This document shows positions 52,179 to 64,000 of a DNA stretch of 64,000 nt, piece by piece; within the stretch, counting starts at the first letter, position 1; each line of letters starts with the position of its first letter. The translations under genes and the position numbers were made by a program. The notes below the pieces were generated by a model that worked only from the letters and a program-made list of their open reading frames with translations, searched no databases and was not told the DNA's origin. Source of the DNA: Eledone cirrhosa (lineage: Eukaryota); assembly GCA_964016885.1 (NCBI GenBank), contig OZ024740.1, positions 52,638,001-52,702,000 of the forward strand, written 5' to 3'.

Positions 52179-54301
52179 CAGGATTTCCCAACCCTTTTTT
52201 CAGCCAGCGCCCCCTTTGGGCGCAAACTTTTTCTAAGATAATTTTATAATTAAAACAAATTCAAAATTTAAATTTCGGAGCATAAGACTTACCACGTTAT
52301 CTGGTGAATGGCTGCAGTTCAAATGGGTACAAAACCTAAAACAAATCTGTGTGTGTATGTGCGCGTGTATGGTTGGGCCTTTATTCGCCAGGGGTCAATT
52401 TAAGTTTAATTGCAGAAAGGAATTCAAAGCAGCAACACACTCACATACATGCAATCATACCCATACATACACACGCATACAGCCACTCCCAAAAGCCAGT
52501 TTCATCCAAAATTCTGACCACCATCTATATCTATACATATATATAAAACTGAAATTGTCTGTGTGTGTGTGTCCTAATTTTTGCAAAGTCTATACAAATC
52601 CACATTTCTACTCTGATTGACTTCAAACTTGCATTTATATATTCCTTGCGGTCTAAAGATATTAATTGCAGCTTTTATTTTTCAATTTTCTGTTGTTAAA
52701 GGGGTGTTAGGCGCCGATTATCAATCTCTCTCTCTTTCTTAGTCAGTCTTTTTAGATAGATACATAGCTATAATGTCGCGCCCTTATAATATCTGTCTGT
52801 ATATCTGGCTGTCTGCATTACGACATTATGACAAATATTATTCTTATTGCTGACGTATTATTTTCGCTATTTTCCACTCATTGCCAGCAAACGTCTTCAC
52901 GAACCAAAGTGTCGTCTTCCTGTTTTCCTTCGGTTGCAACGTTTTTCGAAATATTTATTTCTGCGTTCACAGATTGATTTTTTTAGTTTCAGAAGATCCC
53001 ATTAAGGGTGAAAGCAGTGATTCTTTGCTTAAACTTTAATCTGTTATTTTAATATATATATATATAATTATATATTCGTGTACAGATATTTTTGCATACA
53101 CAAAAACAAAATATAAACAAATGTATTTATTTCACGAAAACACAGACGGCTTATCGTCATTGTTACTGCCGATATGCCACCCAAAAAGTCCCCCTACTTT
53201 TGGCACAAGGCCAGCAATTACATAGTCAACGGTTCAGAAATCACATGCATCACTGACAAGTTTACTCCTTACTCTACCAGTTAGTCTTAGTGTACTTTGT
53301 CCTGCTTTTAGGTCATGCCTCGAAGGAAGAGATACTCCATTGGCCGAAATACTGCGAAAGTGGCAAGAAAAAGAACAAGGCGGGCAAACGAATCGTCAGT
53401 GGAATCTGCTATTCGACGGTTGCAAGATGCTGAACGTACTGCCACAAGAAGAGCACTTGAAACAGACAACCAACGAACCGTGTCAGCTTTGCAATGTCTA
53501 TCAACAAATCCCAGGGTCAGACCCTAGCTGTTGCTGGTCTTCTTTTGGAAGAGTCATGTTTTTCACATGGGCAACTATATGTTGGCTGCTCAAGAGTGGG
53601 AAGCAAGACAAATCTCTTTGTATATGTCTGACACGGAAGAACAAGGAACATTATGTACAAGGAGGTGCTACAATCATTGTTTAGGTAGACGAGGCAGAAA
53701 GGGATATACACGATTGGCTGAAGAAGGACAAGACTGTTAGTAGTTTACGGCTGCTATCACACCAACAGCAGCAAAAACAACAACAAAAAAGAGAGGGAAC
53801 GCAATTACATGCTTTTGAAAAATTTTAATGGAAAATTATTTGCCTAAGCACAAAATGTAGAGATCATCCCCAGGCCGAGGTATTCCGTACTTCTCTGTAC
53901 TGTTTCAGAAAGGAGGGATAAACATGCCAATCTATGTTTAGAAGCCCGAGCAACGCCGGGCCATTCTGCTAGTTCTTTATATATTTGCACACAAATACAC
54001 ACATTCAGCTTTTCGCTTTTATTCATTGTTTTTTTTTTCTTTTAGTCGTCTGTCACCATTCATCTGTTTTTTGTTTTGGGGGTTTCACTTTAGTGACACC
54101 AGTTAACCTGGTGCCAGGAATTCGCTTGGTTGTAACCAAAGTGGAAAAAGTGCTTTTTAAATTTTTGAAAATTTGAAAGAAAAATAATGGATAAATGCCC
54201 ACCGCCCACGTGAGTATATCCCCCCCCCCCTCCCCAAATGAAATAAAACCTCCCAGCACCCCCTTTCAACAGAACAGCGTCGCCCATGCTGGGAAACACT
54301 G
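52179..54301. mobile_element. Non-autonomous hAT element with 8-bp TSD
   Basis: TSD CTATAGAG at 52171-52178 and 54302-54309. Termini CAGGATTTCCCAAC and GCTGGGAAACACTG. Confidence 0.88.
52524..53972 (+). mobile_element. Internally deleted Helitron; inverted fragment at 21155-21330
   Basis: A|TCTATAT...ATATAAAACTGAAATT start and CCCGAGCAACGCCGGG hairpin plus CTAG|T end. The RepHel N-terminus MPRRKR...RRLQDAERTATRRALET is joined to helicase motifs FAMSINKSQGQTL...CFSHGQLYVGCSRVG. Confidence 0.9.
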
Positions 54302-55699
54302 CTATAGAGGGACCTGCTATCAAAATTGACAGTTATAGGGTCACAGAAGCAATCAATGAGATTAAAAATGATAAAGTTGCAGGTCTGTCTGAAATAGTAA
54401 CCGAGATGCTAAAAACATCTGGAGAAGTATGAGTTGAACTAGTCACCCACATAGTCAATCAGATTACATGGGATGGGGCTATAACTAATGACTGGTGCAG
54501 CAGCATAAACATTAATTGCTACAAGGGGAAAAAGTGATGCTCTAGAAAGGCACACATACAGGAGAATAAAACTAACAGATCAAGTTATGAAAGTGACAGA
54601 AAGAGTTGTAGCATAACTAATTAGGGTAAGAGTCAGATTAAATGAGATGCAATTTGGCTTCATGCCAGGGAGGAGCACTGTGGATGCCCTCTTTATAGTA
54701 AAACAACTACAAGAGAAGTTTTTAGCTAAGAGTAAGTGTAGCTTTTGTTGATCTATAGAAAACCTTTGACAGAGTACCCTGGTCAGTCATCTGGTGGCTA
54801 TTAAAGAAACTAGGTGATGAGTGGCTTGTAAGAGCAGTGCAAGCCATGTACAGAGGAGCTATAAGTAAAGTGAGAATAGGAAGTGAGGAATTCAAGGTAC
54901 AGGAAGGAATGCATTAGGGTTCAGTTCTTAGCCCACTTCTATTTATGTAGAAGTGGACTAGGCATAAACTCTATACCATGTACACAGTGCAAACCTTGGA
55001 TACACAAGAAGTGTAGTGGGATAACAGGAAAGGAAGACTTTGTATGTAGTAGATGTTCAGGGCCATTTAATAGTAAGAGTGCTAATAATAAAATAAATAA
55101 TATAAACCTTTTCCGATCCCAAGAAAGATCCATAGAAGTGGTTGATAGTTTCTGTTACCTAGGTGATATAATTAGCGGTGGAGGTGGGTGCTCAGGGAGC
55201 ATAGTAGCTAGAATAAGGACATGATGGAAGAAGTTTAGGAAACAGCAACCCAGCTAACAACAAAAGGTTTCTCCCTACGAAAGGTCAGCTGTATGATGTC
55301 TGTGTGCGATATACCAAGCTGCATAGTAGTGAGACATGGGCAGTGAACTCAGAGGTCATGACAAAGCATAGATGAACAGAAGAAGAAGCTAAGTATAAGA
55401 GGTATCAGAAGTAGTGTGCAGGAGAGGAGACTGCATTGGTATGACGTGATACACATTGATGATGATCGCTGAGTGAAGAAGTCTCAAGAAATCCATGTGG
55501 AAGGAAACCTCAGTAGAGGTAGACCAAGGAAGACCTGGGCAGGTGTGGTAAGAACTGATTTCAAAACTCATTAAGCTTGCAAAAGGCGATGTCGAAGGAA
55601 CATGACGAGTGGAGAGATGTAGTGAGAAGGACAGAAAATGATGAGACCCAGACATTGATGTCTGTCAATATATATACTATGCAAAAGGCAAACAAAAAT

Positions 55700-57270
55700 A
55701 AAGCAAATGACACAGTACAATGAAGAAATATATTATTATTTTTACACTTGATAATATAGGAAAAGAGTCTTAACATTTCAGATGCTAGTCCTTCATCAGA
55801 AAAAAGAATGAGAAATTAAAGAAGAGATAGAAAGATTGTAGAGACGGGCAGTGGCAGAATAAAAAGAAAATTTTTTTAGAGAAAAACAGGTCTATTCACA
55901 TTCATCTCTAGGAAAACTGTTGATGCTGGCGTTTTATATTAGATAATCTATAAAAAGTGGTGAGTGTGTCTTGCTGAAAAGGAAAAAAACCTTTTGTTTA
56001 TAGAACTGTACGTGTGCGCATGCATATATATGTGTGTGTTTGTACAAAACTAAGAGGATATGTGTGTGTGTATATGTAAGTATAAGAGAGAGTGTGTGTG
56101 TGTTTGTAAGTACAAAGCTATGAGCATATGTGTGTGTGTATATGGGTGTGTGTGTATGTGTTGGTCCGTACAGAGCTGTGAAGTTAAGTGTAGTGTGTGT
56201 ATGTGTGTGTATTTTGTTGGTCTGTATTAGTTGCAAGTGTGTGCATTTCTGATCATAACAACCATAGGAACCTAGGGGGTGAAAGTACGTGTATGAGTGT
56301 GTGACAGTGGACAAGGTAAGGGTGACAGTGGCTAGGGGTAGAGAAGTAAGCATGAGCATTTGTGTGAATGATTAAAGAAATTGGGGAGGAGAGTTGAGTC
56401 CATTAGGGAAACTGAACCCAAGGTGGAAAATCAGATTACTCAGTCCTGGTGCATGAGGCCAGTGATCCGTGATGTAAAAGGACACCAAGAATAGACATGT
56501 AGGGAGGAGTGGCCTGGAGAAAGGAAATGATGAATGACGAGGGGGGGGGTGTAGTATCCCTGCCGAGTTCTATCTCCCTCAAATTTTCAGCGAAATGGTC
56601 TGCGAGACGGTGGCCTGTTTTTCCAATATACATGAACCTGCAAAGATTACGTGGCTGGATGTACAGGTGAAGGAGTGGCAGATACGGAACTATCAGTGCA
56701 TGTGAGAGTGGTAAGGTTCGAAATGAAGGGGCAGGTGTTAAAGTGGAGATGAGAACAGGAGCAGGAGCTGGGTGGAGACCTAAGTGAGGAGGAAGGAACT
56801 ATATACCAGGAGGTCACAGAGATTATGAGTGTGCTTAAAGTCAGTGATGTGTTGGTGATGGGGTCAGAAGAGAGGATGCAGAAGTAAAGGAGGATGTGTC
56901 ACCAGAATGATAGGGTGGTAGGTGAAGGGGAAAGGATGGCATGTAGTGGGGTGTGAGGGCTATGATACGGTTGGTTTAAGGGATGCAGGTGAAGGCAGCT
57001 TGGATCAGGGTGGGGGAACATCCATGCTGGATGAAGAAGGAGGCCATGTTTTGGAATTGGGTCTCGAAATCATGGTCTTGGCTGCAGTCCTGTAGACGTC
57101 TGTGCATCACACCACCTCAGCACCACCTTTATCAATGGGTTTGATGAAAATGTCATTGCTGCGCTGTAGGTTGCGCAGAGTGGAGAGTTCATTCAACCTG
57201 AGTGAGGTTTGTGTGATGAGAGTGCTTTTGGAAATTGAAGTGGTTCAAAGTATGTCAAGTCTCCACAAAT
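55700..57270 (-). mobile_element. Degraded, internally deleted Penelope-like element
   Basis: Minus strand DIFIKPIDKGG (PLE RT) and YIGKTGHRLADHFAE (GIY-YIG). A degenerate hammerhead CTGATGA..GAAA lies at ~55763-55805. Confidence 0.7.
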
Positions 57271-59894
57271 GTGTCAATTGTGAAGTGGTTGGTGATAGAA
57301 AGGGCATCCAGCTATAAAAAAATCTTTGTCAAAAGCAGAACTTATAACTAATACACTAATTGTGTATACAAGATTAATGCTGAAAAGGAATGCAATGAGT
57401 GGAAGGAAGCTGTGCTGGAAAAGACCTATCCAACCAATGCAAAGATGATGAGGATTATGATAAAAACTCACACTTAAAATATAAACAAAGGGAACTGTTA
57501 AATGTAATGGATTTATTGAATATATTCAACTAAATTCTGTAATGCAGCAAATGAGATTAGCAAGTTGCTGAAAATGGTTGTTAAATTTGGCTCACCACAT
57601 ATGTTCATGCAAGTACAAGAAAAATAGAATATTATTTGCCATACACAATGGGCGGTGGATTGGCAGTATCGGTAGAGGGTCAGACGCCATGCTTTGATGC
57701 ATAGAGTTACGGCCCTTGCCATTCTGAGTTCAAATCCCGCCGAGGTTAACTTTGCCTTTCAACCTTACGGGGTCGATAAAATAAAGTACCAGTAATGTAC
57801 TTGGTAATTTCTGGCCTTGTGCCAAAAGTAGAAACAATTATTTGCCATACACTAAAATTAGAGATCTGTAATTTGTTGTTTATTTGATGATTATTTTAAA
57901 CCAACAACATCATTTTACATCCATTTTTTCATGGGTTGAACGGTTGTTACTGACCAAGTCAGTACTTTAACAGAGCTACTATTCTCTCAGACTGGCCAGG
58001 GGCCACATCCTGCTTACATACATTCCAGTTTTGGTATGGGTATACAGCTGAATGCCCTTCCTAATGTCACCCACTTTACAGAGTGTACTGGGTGTATTTT
58101 ATCATAGCACCAGCACTGGGGAACCTGCCATGTCCTAGATAAAACTAAAGAGTCCTCTCAATACTCTTTGATATGATTTCTTTAGTTGGATATTCCTCCT
58201 AACATTAACCTTTTTACAGAGTGTATTGGGTGCATTTTATTGTGGCTCTAACACTATAAAGGGTCATAATTAAATGCTGTAACTTCTTCAAGACAACAGC
58301 TGGATTTCAGTAAGGATGTTTTCTCTCCCCAGTATTTTTCACAAGAGATGCTCCAGGACTTCCAGACCTACATTTCTATTAGGGGTCAGTTCCTTTCCAA
58401 CCTGCACTTTGTTGATGATATAGGCCTGCTTGGAAGTAGTAAAGCAGAATTCTAGGAACTCAACACCAGACAGGGAAGAGTATCAGGATTATATAGAATG
58501 GAGATTAGCTTAGAAAAGAGCAAGGTTTTGGTTAATAGTGATAATTAAAATACAGCAACCAACATCATGAATGGGGGCAAACTTGAGGAAGTGTACAACT
58601 TCAAGTCCAGGATCCACTTTGACAAAGGACAGCAGCTCAAGAAAGGAGATAGAGACAATTCTTGGCCTGGCTTCTACCATATCAGAACTGAATGTCATAT
58701 GGAAAAGCAATTCCATCAATTTTCCTATGAGACTTAAATTGCACAAGTCCCTGGTGGTTTCAGTCCTTCTGTATGGATGTAAGAACTGGGCTCTTATAAC
58801 TGATATGGAATGAAAAATAGTGTTTGAGCATAAATGCTTTAGAAGGCTGCAGAGTACAAAACAAACAACTTTGTCAGGCAGCAAGTCAACAAATATACTG
58901 GCAAGTAGGAATCAATCCTTGCGACAGTAAAAAGACACAAACTTGCACAGTTAAAGGAGGACAAAGAAAATACAGGGAAAAAAAAACATCAAGGACTATC
59001 CAGGTCACAATGATGTGACCTGTGCATAATGGAGGACAGAGAATAATGGCAAATGTTAACTGCAAAAACATCTTGTGTAGCACCCCAATGACTGGCTGCA
59101 CAAGTTACATAAACATGTTTCATTGAACTATGACATGCAGGGATATGGTATATCTATTCTACATTAATGAGATGCTCTTTATAGGGAACATTTTAAATTC
59201 ACTTTTAGCTATAATAAGGATCTTTGGTGTGAAATCTATACATACAAAAGTATGTACATGGCTGTGAGACATGGGCCTTAACTGCAGACGTTCTGAGAAG
59301 GCTAAGAAAAAAAATGAAGTGAGTATGCTCTGGTGGATGTGTAATGTTAGAGTGCAAGAACAATGCAGCATAAGTGAACTGAGAGAAAAACTAAGCATAA
59401 GATGAATCCAATGTCGTGTGCAAGAGAGAATACTGCATGTAATGCTTATGAAAGATTACAACGTTGTAAAAAAGTGCAGAGAAATCTCAATGGGTGGGTC
59501 ATGGAAGAAGTAAACCAAGGAAGACTGACCTGGGCAGCTGCGAGGGTTTGGGACATGTGATGCTGGAGAAGACTACCAGTATAAAAATATGTGACTTTTT
59601 ACTCCTCTTTTTTATCATAATAATAATTAGTTATACTCTATAATAATTAGTTTCACTGTATTCACACTCTATCCAGGAACACTCCACCTTCTTTTAAATC
59701 CCAGCACATCAGTCATAGTTTTAGTAACTGTTCTCCCTCTCCTTTCTCACATCACTCCCACAACTTCTACCTCATATCATGCCTTTAAACACCACCACAC
59801 TTGTCATGCACCCATGATATCATATTGTCATCTTCTCTTCCCTCTCCTACCTATTGTCATTTTTCTTCCTCATAACATAAAAATAGCACAGCTT

Positions 59895-59954
59895 ACTTGG
59901 GATGAATCATCATCCCCCTCCCATTAGGGAGGGGGATGATGATTCATCCCAAGT
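59895..59954. repeat. Perfect 28-bp-stem hairpin with 4-nt loop
   Basis: ACTTGGGATGAATCATCATCCCCCTCCC-ATTA-GGGAGGGGGATGATGATTCATCCCAAGT. Confidence 0.9.
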
Positions 59955-60773
59955 CAATGACAACCTCTCTAGTGTTGGTGTCATGATAAAACGCACCTAG
60001 TACATGCCAAAAGAAGGTTGAGAGGACACTTCAGTCATGCCATGACTCTTCTAGTGCTTGTGCCACAAAAAATGTACACAGTTCACACTGTAAAATAGTA
60101 AGTGACTGTAAGAAAGTACAGTTCACACTGTAAAATAGTAAGAAAGACATTCAGCAGTAGAAACTATGCCAAAAGAGAGTTGAGAGAACTCTTCAGTTGT
60201 GTCACAGGCATAACAGCCTCTCTAGTGATGGTGTACATTCTGTAAAGTGGTTGGAAATAGGAAATGCATCTAGCCATAGAAAACTTGCCAAACAAAGGAT
60301 TGAGATAACCTTCTAGTTGTGTCTCAAAGATACGACACCCCCCCCAATGATTGTTCCATCTTAAAATGAGTACAATTATGTGTTTCAGCAAAAGACATTC
60401 CTCAACCCATCAAAGAGGTCAGTGGCTCCAGCTAAGTACTGGCTTGGTCTGTGACAACTTGTCCATCCCTTGTTAATAGGTAAAAAACGAATGTTAAATG
60501 ATGATAATGATACTACAAAAGTAAGCATATTTTAGCAATACATTTTTCTTTGTCTTGAAAATGTTTATATGAAATCTATAATACATTTATATATCTAACA
60601 TCTAACAATCAATCTGTCTGCCTGCCTGCCTGTCTGTCTATCTATTGATCTACCTGTATATCTATATATCTAAATATATTTACAGGAACTGAGTCCATTT
60701 AGAAGCAAGAAGATTTAGGACGGCATAATCAACCACATCTTTCACCTGCATACGTCAAACTCCTATCTCCAAC

Positions 60774-61499
60774 ATGGGTTTGCAATGGACCATAATTACT
60801 AGTTTCTTATATTTGGAAATAGTAGTAATTTTCTTATTTCTGTTACCCTTCATATCACCACTTGCATGGCGGAAATTGTTTAAATCTAATTTCATATTAT
60901 TGATATCTACCTATTCACATTTCTATATTCGAGTAGCAATTTTTGCTTTAAGTGTTGCTTTCCTGAACTCAATTTGGCATCTCCGTAAATATAATATTGC
61001 AGTTGAAAAATTGGATAATATAACTGTAGTTACACCACGTACAGGTCAGAACCAGTATCTGAACTTAATTCAGACTCAACGGAATTTTTACATCTCTGGA
61101 TTTTCTTTGTTTCTTTGGTTGGTCTTGAATCATCTTGTCAAAATGACTACAATGCAGGCCCAACTGAAGATTGATTTAGATGTATGTTGCAAAAGAGCTA
61201 TCAGTGCTACTAAAGCAGCTCATAGGCTTATGAAGGCATCAACACTTTCAGCAGTGTGTAGTTCTGAGTGTAACAAAGTGGAAAATATGGCTATTATTGA
61301 AAAGGAGGACACTGCTAAAAGAGTTCAGGCTTTCAAAATGAAGCTGGAAAAAGCTGAAGAGGAATTATGTAAAGCTAGAATTGTGTTGAAAGAAAATCAA
61401 ATAGATGTGATGGCCATGAAATCTCAGTCTGAAGCAACTAAGCGTGAATATGATAGGTTGATGGAGGATTATTCTATCCTTCAGAAGAAAACTAAATAG
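60774..61499 (+). CDS. BCAP31: B-cell receptor-associated protein 31/29-like ER membrane protein, intronless CDS
   Basis: N-terminus MGLQWTIITSFLYLEIVVIFLFLLPFISPLAWRKLFKS and QRNFYISGFSLFLWLVL match the Bap31 family. Three hydrophobic segments, then a coiled coil (MKSQSEATKREYDRLMEDY) and a C-terminal KKxx ER-retrieval motif (KKTK). Candidate 5'UTR acceptor TTTACAG at 60685 and AATAAA at 61905. Could be a paralog rather than the ortholog. Confidence 0.88.
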   Translation: MGLQWTIITSFLYLEIVVIFLFLLPFISPLAWRKLFKSNFILLISTYSHFYIRVAIFALSVAFLNSIWHLRKYNIAVEKLDNITVVTPRTGQNQYLNLIQTQRNFYISGFSLFLWLVLNHLVKMTTMQAQLKIDLDVCCKRAISATKAAHRLMKASTLSAVCSSECNKVENMAIIEKEDTAKRVQAFKMKLEKAEEELCKARIVLKENQIDVMAMKSQSEATKREYDRLMEDYSILQKKTK

Positions 61500-64000
61500 G
61501 ACTTAAATAAGAAAGATGGTTAATGGAAAATAATGCAAGGAAAAGAAAATTAATATTTGTTGGGAATTTTGAAGATAAAGTAAGATTACTTTTAAAGTTT
61601 AAGACTTTCAGAATTGGTCTGATGAGTTTAATGAACTTGTTTGCCCTGAATAACCCAAATGTAAGAAATTGCTGAGTGACTTTCTTTTAATATGCAATTA
61701 TAAAGAACCAAAGGTACTCAAAAAATCAGTTTCTTGGATATGAACTTTTTTGAAATGATGTCTTTTACTATGAAGACTTAACAGACACCCAACCTTAGTA
61801 TTTCAAATTTCCTTGATGCCCTCCCTCTAAAATGGGTTATTTATTAACAAGGGTCAAAACATTTTGTATCACATTGTATATATAAATATACTTATTAATA
61901 ACAAAATAAATGTATCTATATATATCTACTCGTGTGTCTGTTTGATTCAGAAAATGTAAAACCTTTTTCAGGGCCTGCAGTTAAGCTAGAGAGGAGGTGA
62001 TTTAAATATTGGTAATTTTTTTCTAATAGATTCCTTGAGATAATACAATCCTGTAACACACTAAATTATAAAGATGCCTGCTGAAAATTATATAGCAGTG
62101 TGGTTAATAAGTTTGCTTCTACCATAGTCCTGGATTTAAATTTGGTGTGTGTGTGTGTGTGTGTGTGGATGAAATCACCACCTATTTTGTATGTCTGTTT
62201 TTCCATGCTAGCATGGTTTGGATATACCTCACAGCATCTCACCACTTCTCATGATCTTTCATCATCAGGCACACACAGTAATAGAAAACAAAATGACTAA
62301 CTCTATTGTTTATGTCATTAAATTTGGTATGTTTTTACAGCTGGAGTCTGTTTACTAACCACCTTACATTTCAGAATAATTCATTTTTTTATTCCCTCTT
62401 GCACTATTGGTTGTACTGACAAGTTTTAAAACTTCCCTTGACATTTTTTTGCCTCTATTTCTTCCTTCCTTTTTTGGTGTGGCTTTTCTAGATGGATGCC
62501 CTTCCTATCACAAGCCAGTTTATGGCATGGACTATATATATCACCATCATTTAACATCCACTTTCCCTGCTAGCAAGGGTCAGGCAGGTCTATACAGACC
62601 AAGTCAGTATTGAAGTGGGACTACTGACCTCCCAGACAGGCCGATGAGTCTGCATCCTACTTATGTATGGTCACATCAAGGGCAGAGGAGAGGTTATTGT
62701 GTCTTTTGACACAAACTGAAGGATCCTCTCATCCCCTTATGTGTGTGTGTACTTGCCTCCATATCAATGTTATTTAAAGAAAATGTTGATATTTATCTTC
62801 TGCATATAAAAAATGTTTCACAGCTTAACAGTTTGACAAAGATCAGCAGTACAAGCCATATTTAAACTTAATGTATGTATTGGTGTCAGGAAGGAATTCC
62901 AAACATAGAAAATACACCCTCAGAATGTCTCATCCAACCCATGATAGCATGGAGACAGAAAACAATTTGGATGAAGACAAGGAAGCTGAAAGAGACCTTA
63001 GCTAGTGACATATTCAGAGAAGTCTTATTTGATGTCTTACTTACAAACTGGAAGAAGAAATAGGGACTTATAACAGAAGAAAACTGGGAGTTTCTATGAA
63101 ACAACTTGCTGAAAGCTACAGACCAGATCTGTGGTTAGGGCAAGATCCCAGCAAGTTGGAAATTGACATGGTGGTCAAATAGATAAAGCCATTAAAGCTT
63201 AGAGACAGGCCTGGCTAGACTGGAAAAATAAGGGAAGCAGAAAGCTGTAACAGGCAGCTAGAAGAGAAACTAGATGTCAAGTATACTTAGCTAGGAGTAA
63301 AGCTGAAGGTAAAAAGATTGCACATGTTCTGCAGCATAAGGAACAGAAACATGAGGTATTCTTGATTGTAAGATGAGCTAGAAAAAAATCAGAGAGAAGT
63401 GCGTCTGGATAGATAGCAGCATACTTGCCATCCTTAACATTAAAAAGAAAATGACATGGAAATGCCTTTATGAGATATTATTAATTGAAGAAAATGCATA
63501 AGAGAGAGTAGAGAGAAGGCAAGTAGGCCCAATAGAGGGAACAGCCATTCAAGTTGACAGCAGTATTGTAGATAAAGCAATTATGGATGTGAAAGCAGGG
63601 AAGGTAGTACAATCATATTGTACAGGCATATTATCAAGGCAGTACTGATTGTTCATGTCCAGATTGTTACACTGTAACACTGCAGCTGCTCTTCCAATTC
63701 TGCAGTTTATATCAGCTTCTACATTTCCATCACTACATGAGGTGAAACAACCAACTTCAATTTTAATTTTGAAAAGTGATAATTGAAAGTCTTGACCATT
63801 TTACACCTGGCCGAGTCCATCCATCTCCAGGCAGGATACAACTGATTCTTCTAGAGAAAGAAAAACATGAAGAATTGATTCCAGTACTGGATTGCCACTT
63901 TATTTATTAATCTTGAAGACACAGTTGACTTCGGCAAGATTTGAACTCAGTGCACATTGAGCTGGAACAAATACTGAGGCATTTTAAATCTGACACTCTA

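Larger units (their letters stand above)
51100..55640 (+). mobile_element. Degraded PHD-type RTE-like LINE interrupted by hAT and Helitron insertions
   Basis: Endonuclease-tail and linker remnants at 51100-52178 resume at 54302 with RT motifs (EMQFGFMPGRST, FDRVP), the PHD remnant and FCYLG. The family also occurs at 59200-59570 and 62950-63610. Confidence 0.8.

Noticed and set aside
61619-61650. CTGATGAG as a hammerhead core in the BCAP31-like 3'UTR
   Set aside because: No GAAA after the potential stem II.

Overview
AT-rich, repeat-dense animal genomic DNA. The SINE/LINE repertoire and the (TA/TG)n tracts suggest an octopus or other coleoid cephalopod; this is inferred, not proven. The main find is a tandem array of at least four same-strand copies of a two-exon gene derived from a Merlin/IS1595-family DDE transposase. 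Copy D (41895-43568, 327 aa) is intact and carries a spliceosomal intron. Copy A is present only as an intact last exon. Copies B and C have damaged first exons. None of the copies shows TIRs or TSDs, and the third catalytic residue is E in copy A but N in copies B and D. This pattern fits a domesticated, locally amplified transposase gene family. The only conventional host gene is an intronless BCAP31/BAP29-like CDS (60774-61499). The rest is nested mobile DNA: RTE-type LINEs (one twin-primed with a 12-bp TSD, one with C-terminal C2H2 fingers, one family with a PHD finger inside the RT), Penelope-like elements with hammerhead ribozymes (including a U3-A8 core variant in a palindrome), a CRE-like non-LTR element, a deleted tRNA-Trp-primed LTR element, Helitrons, hAT/mariner/piggyBac-like MITEs, tRNA-derived SINEs and a 5-kb higher-order satellite. 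Coordinates were counted by eye and TE ends are approximate unless a TSD is quoted.
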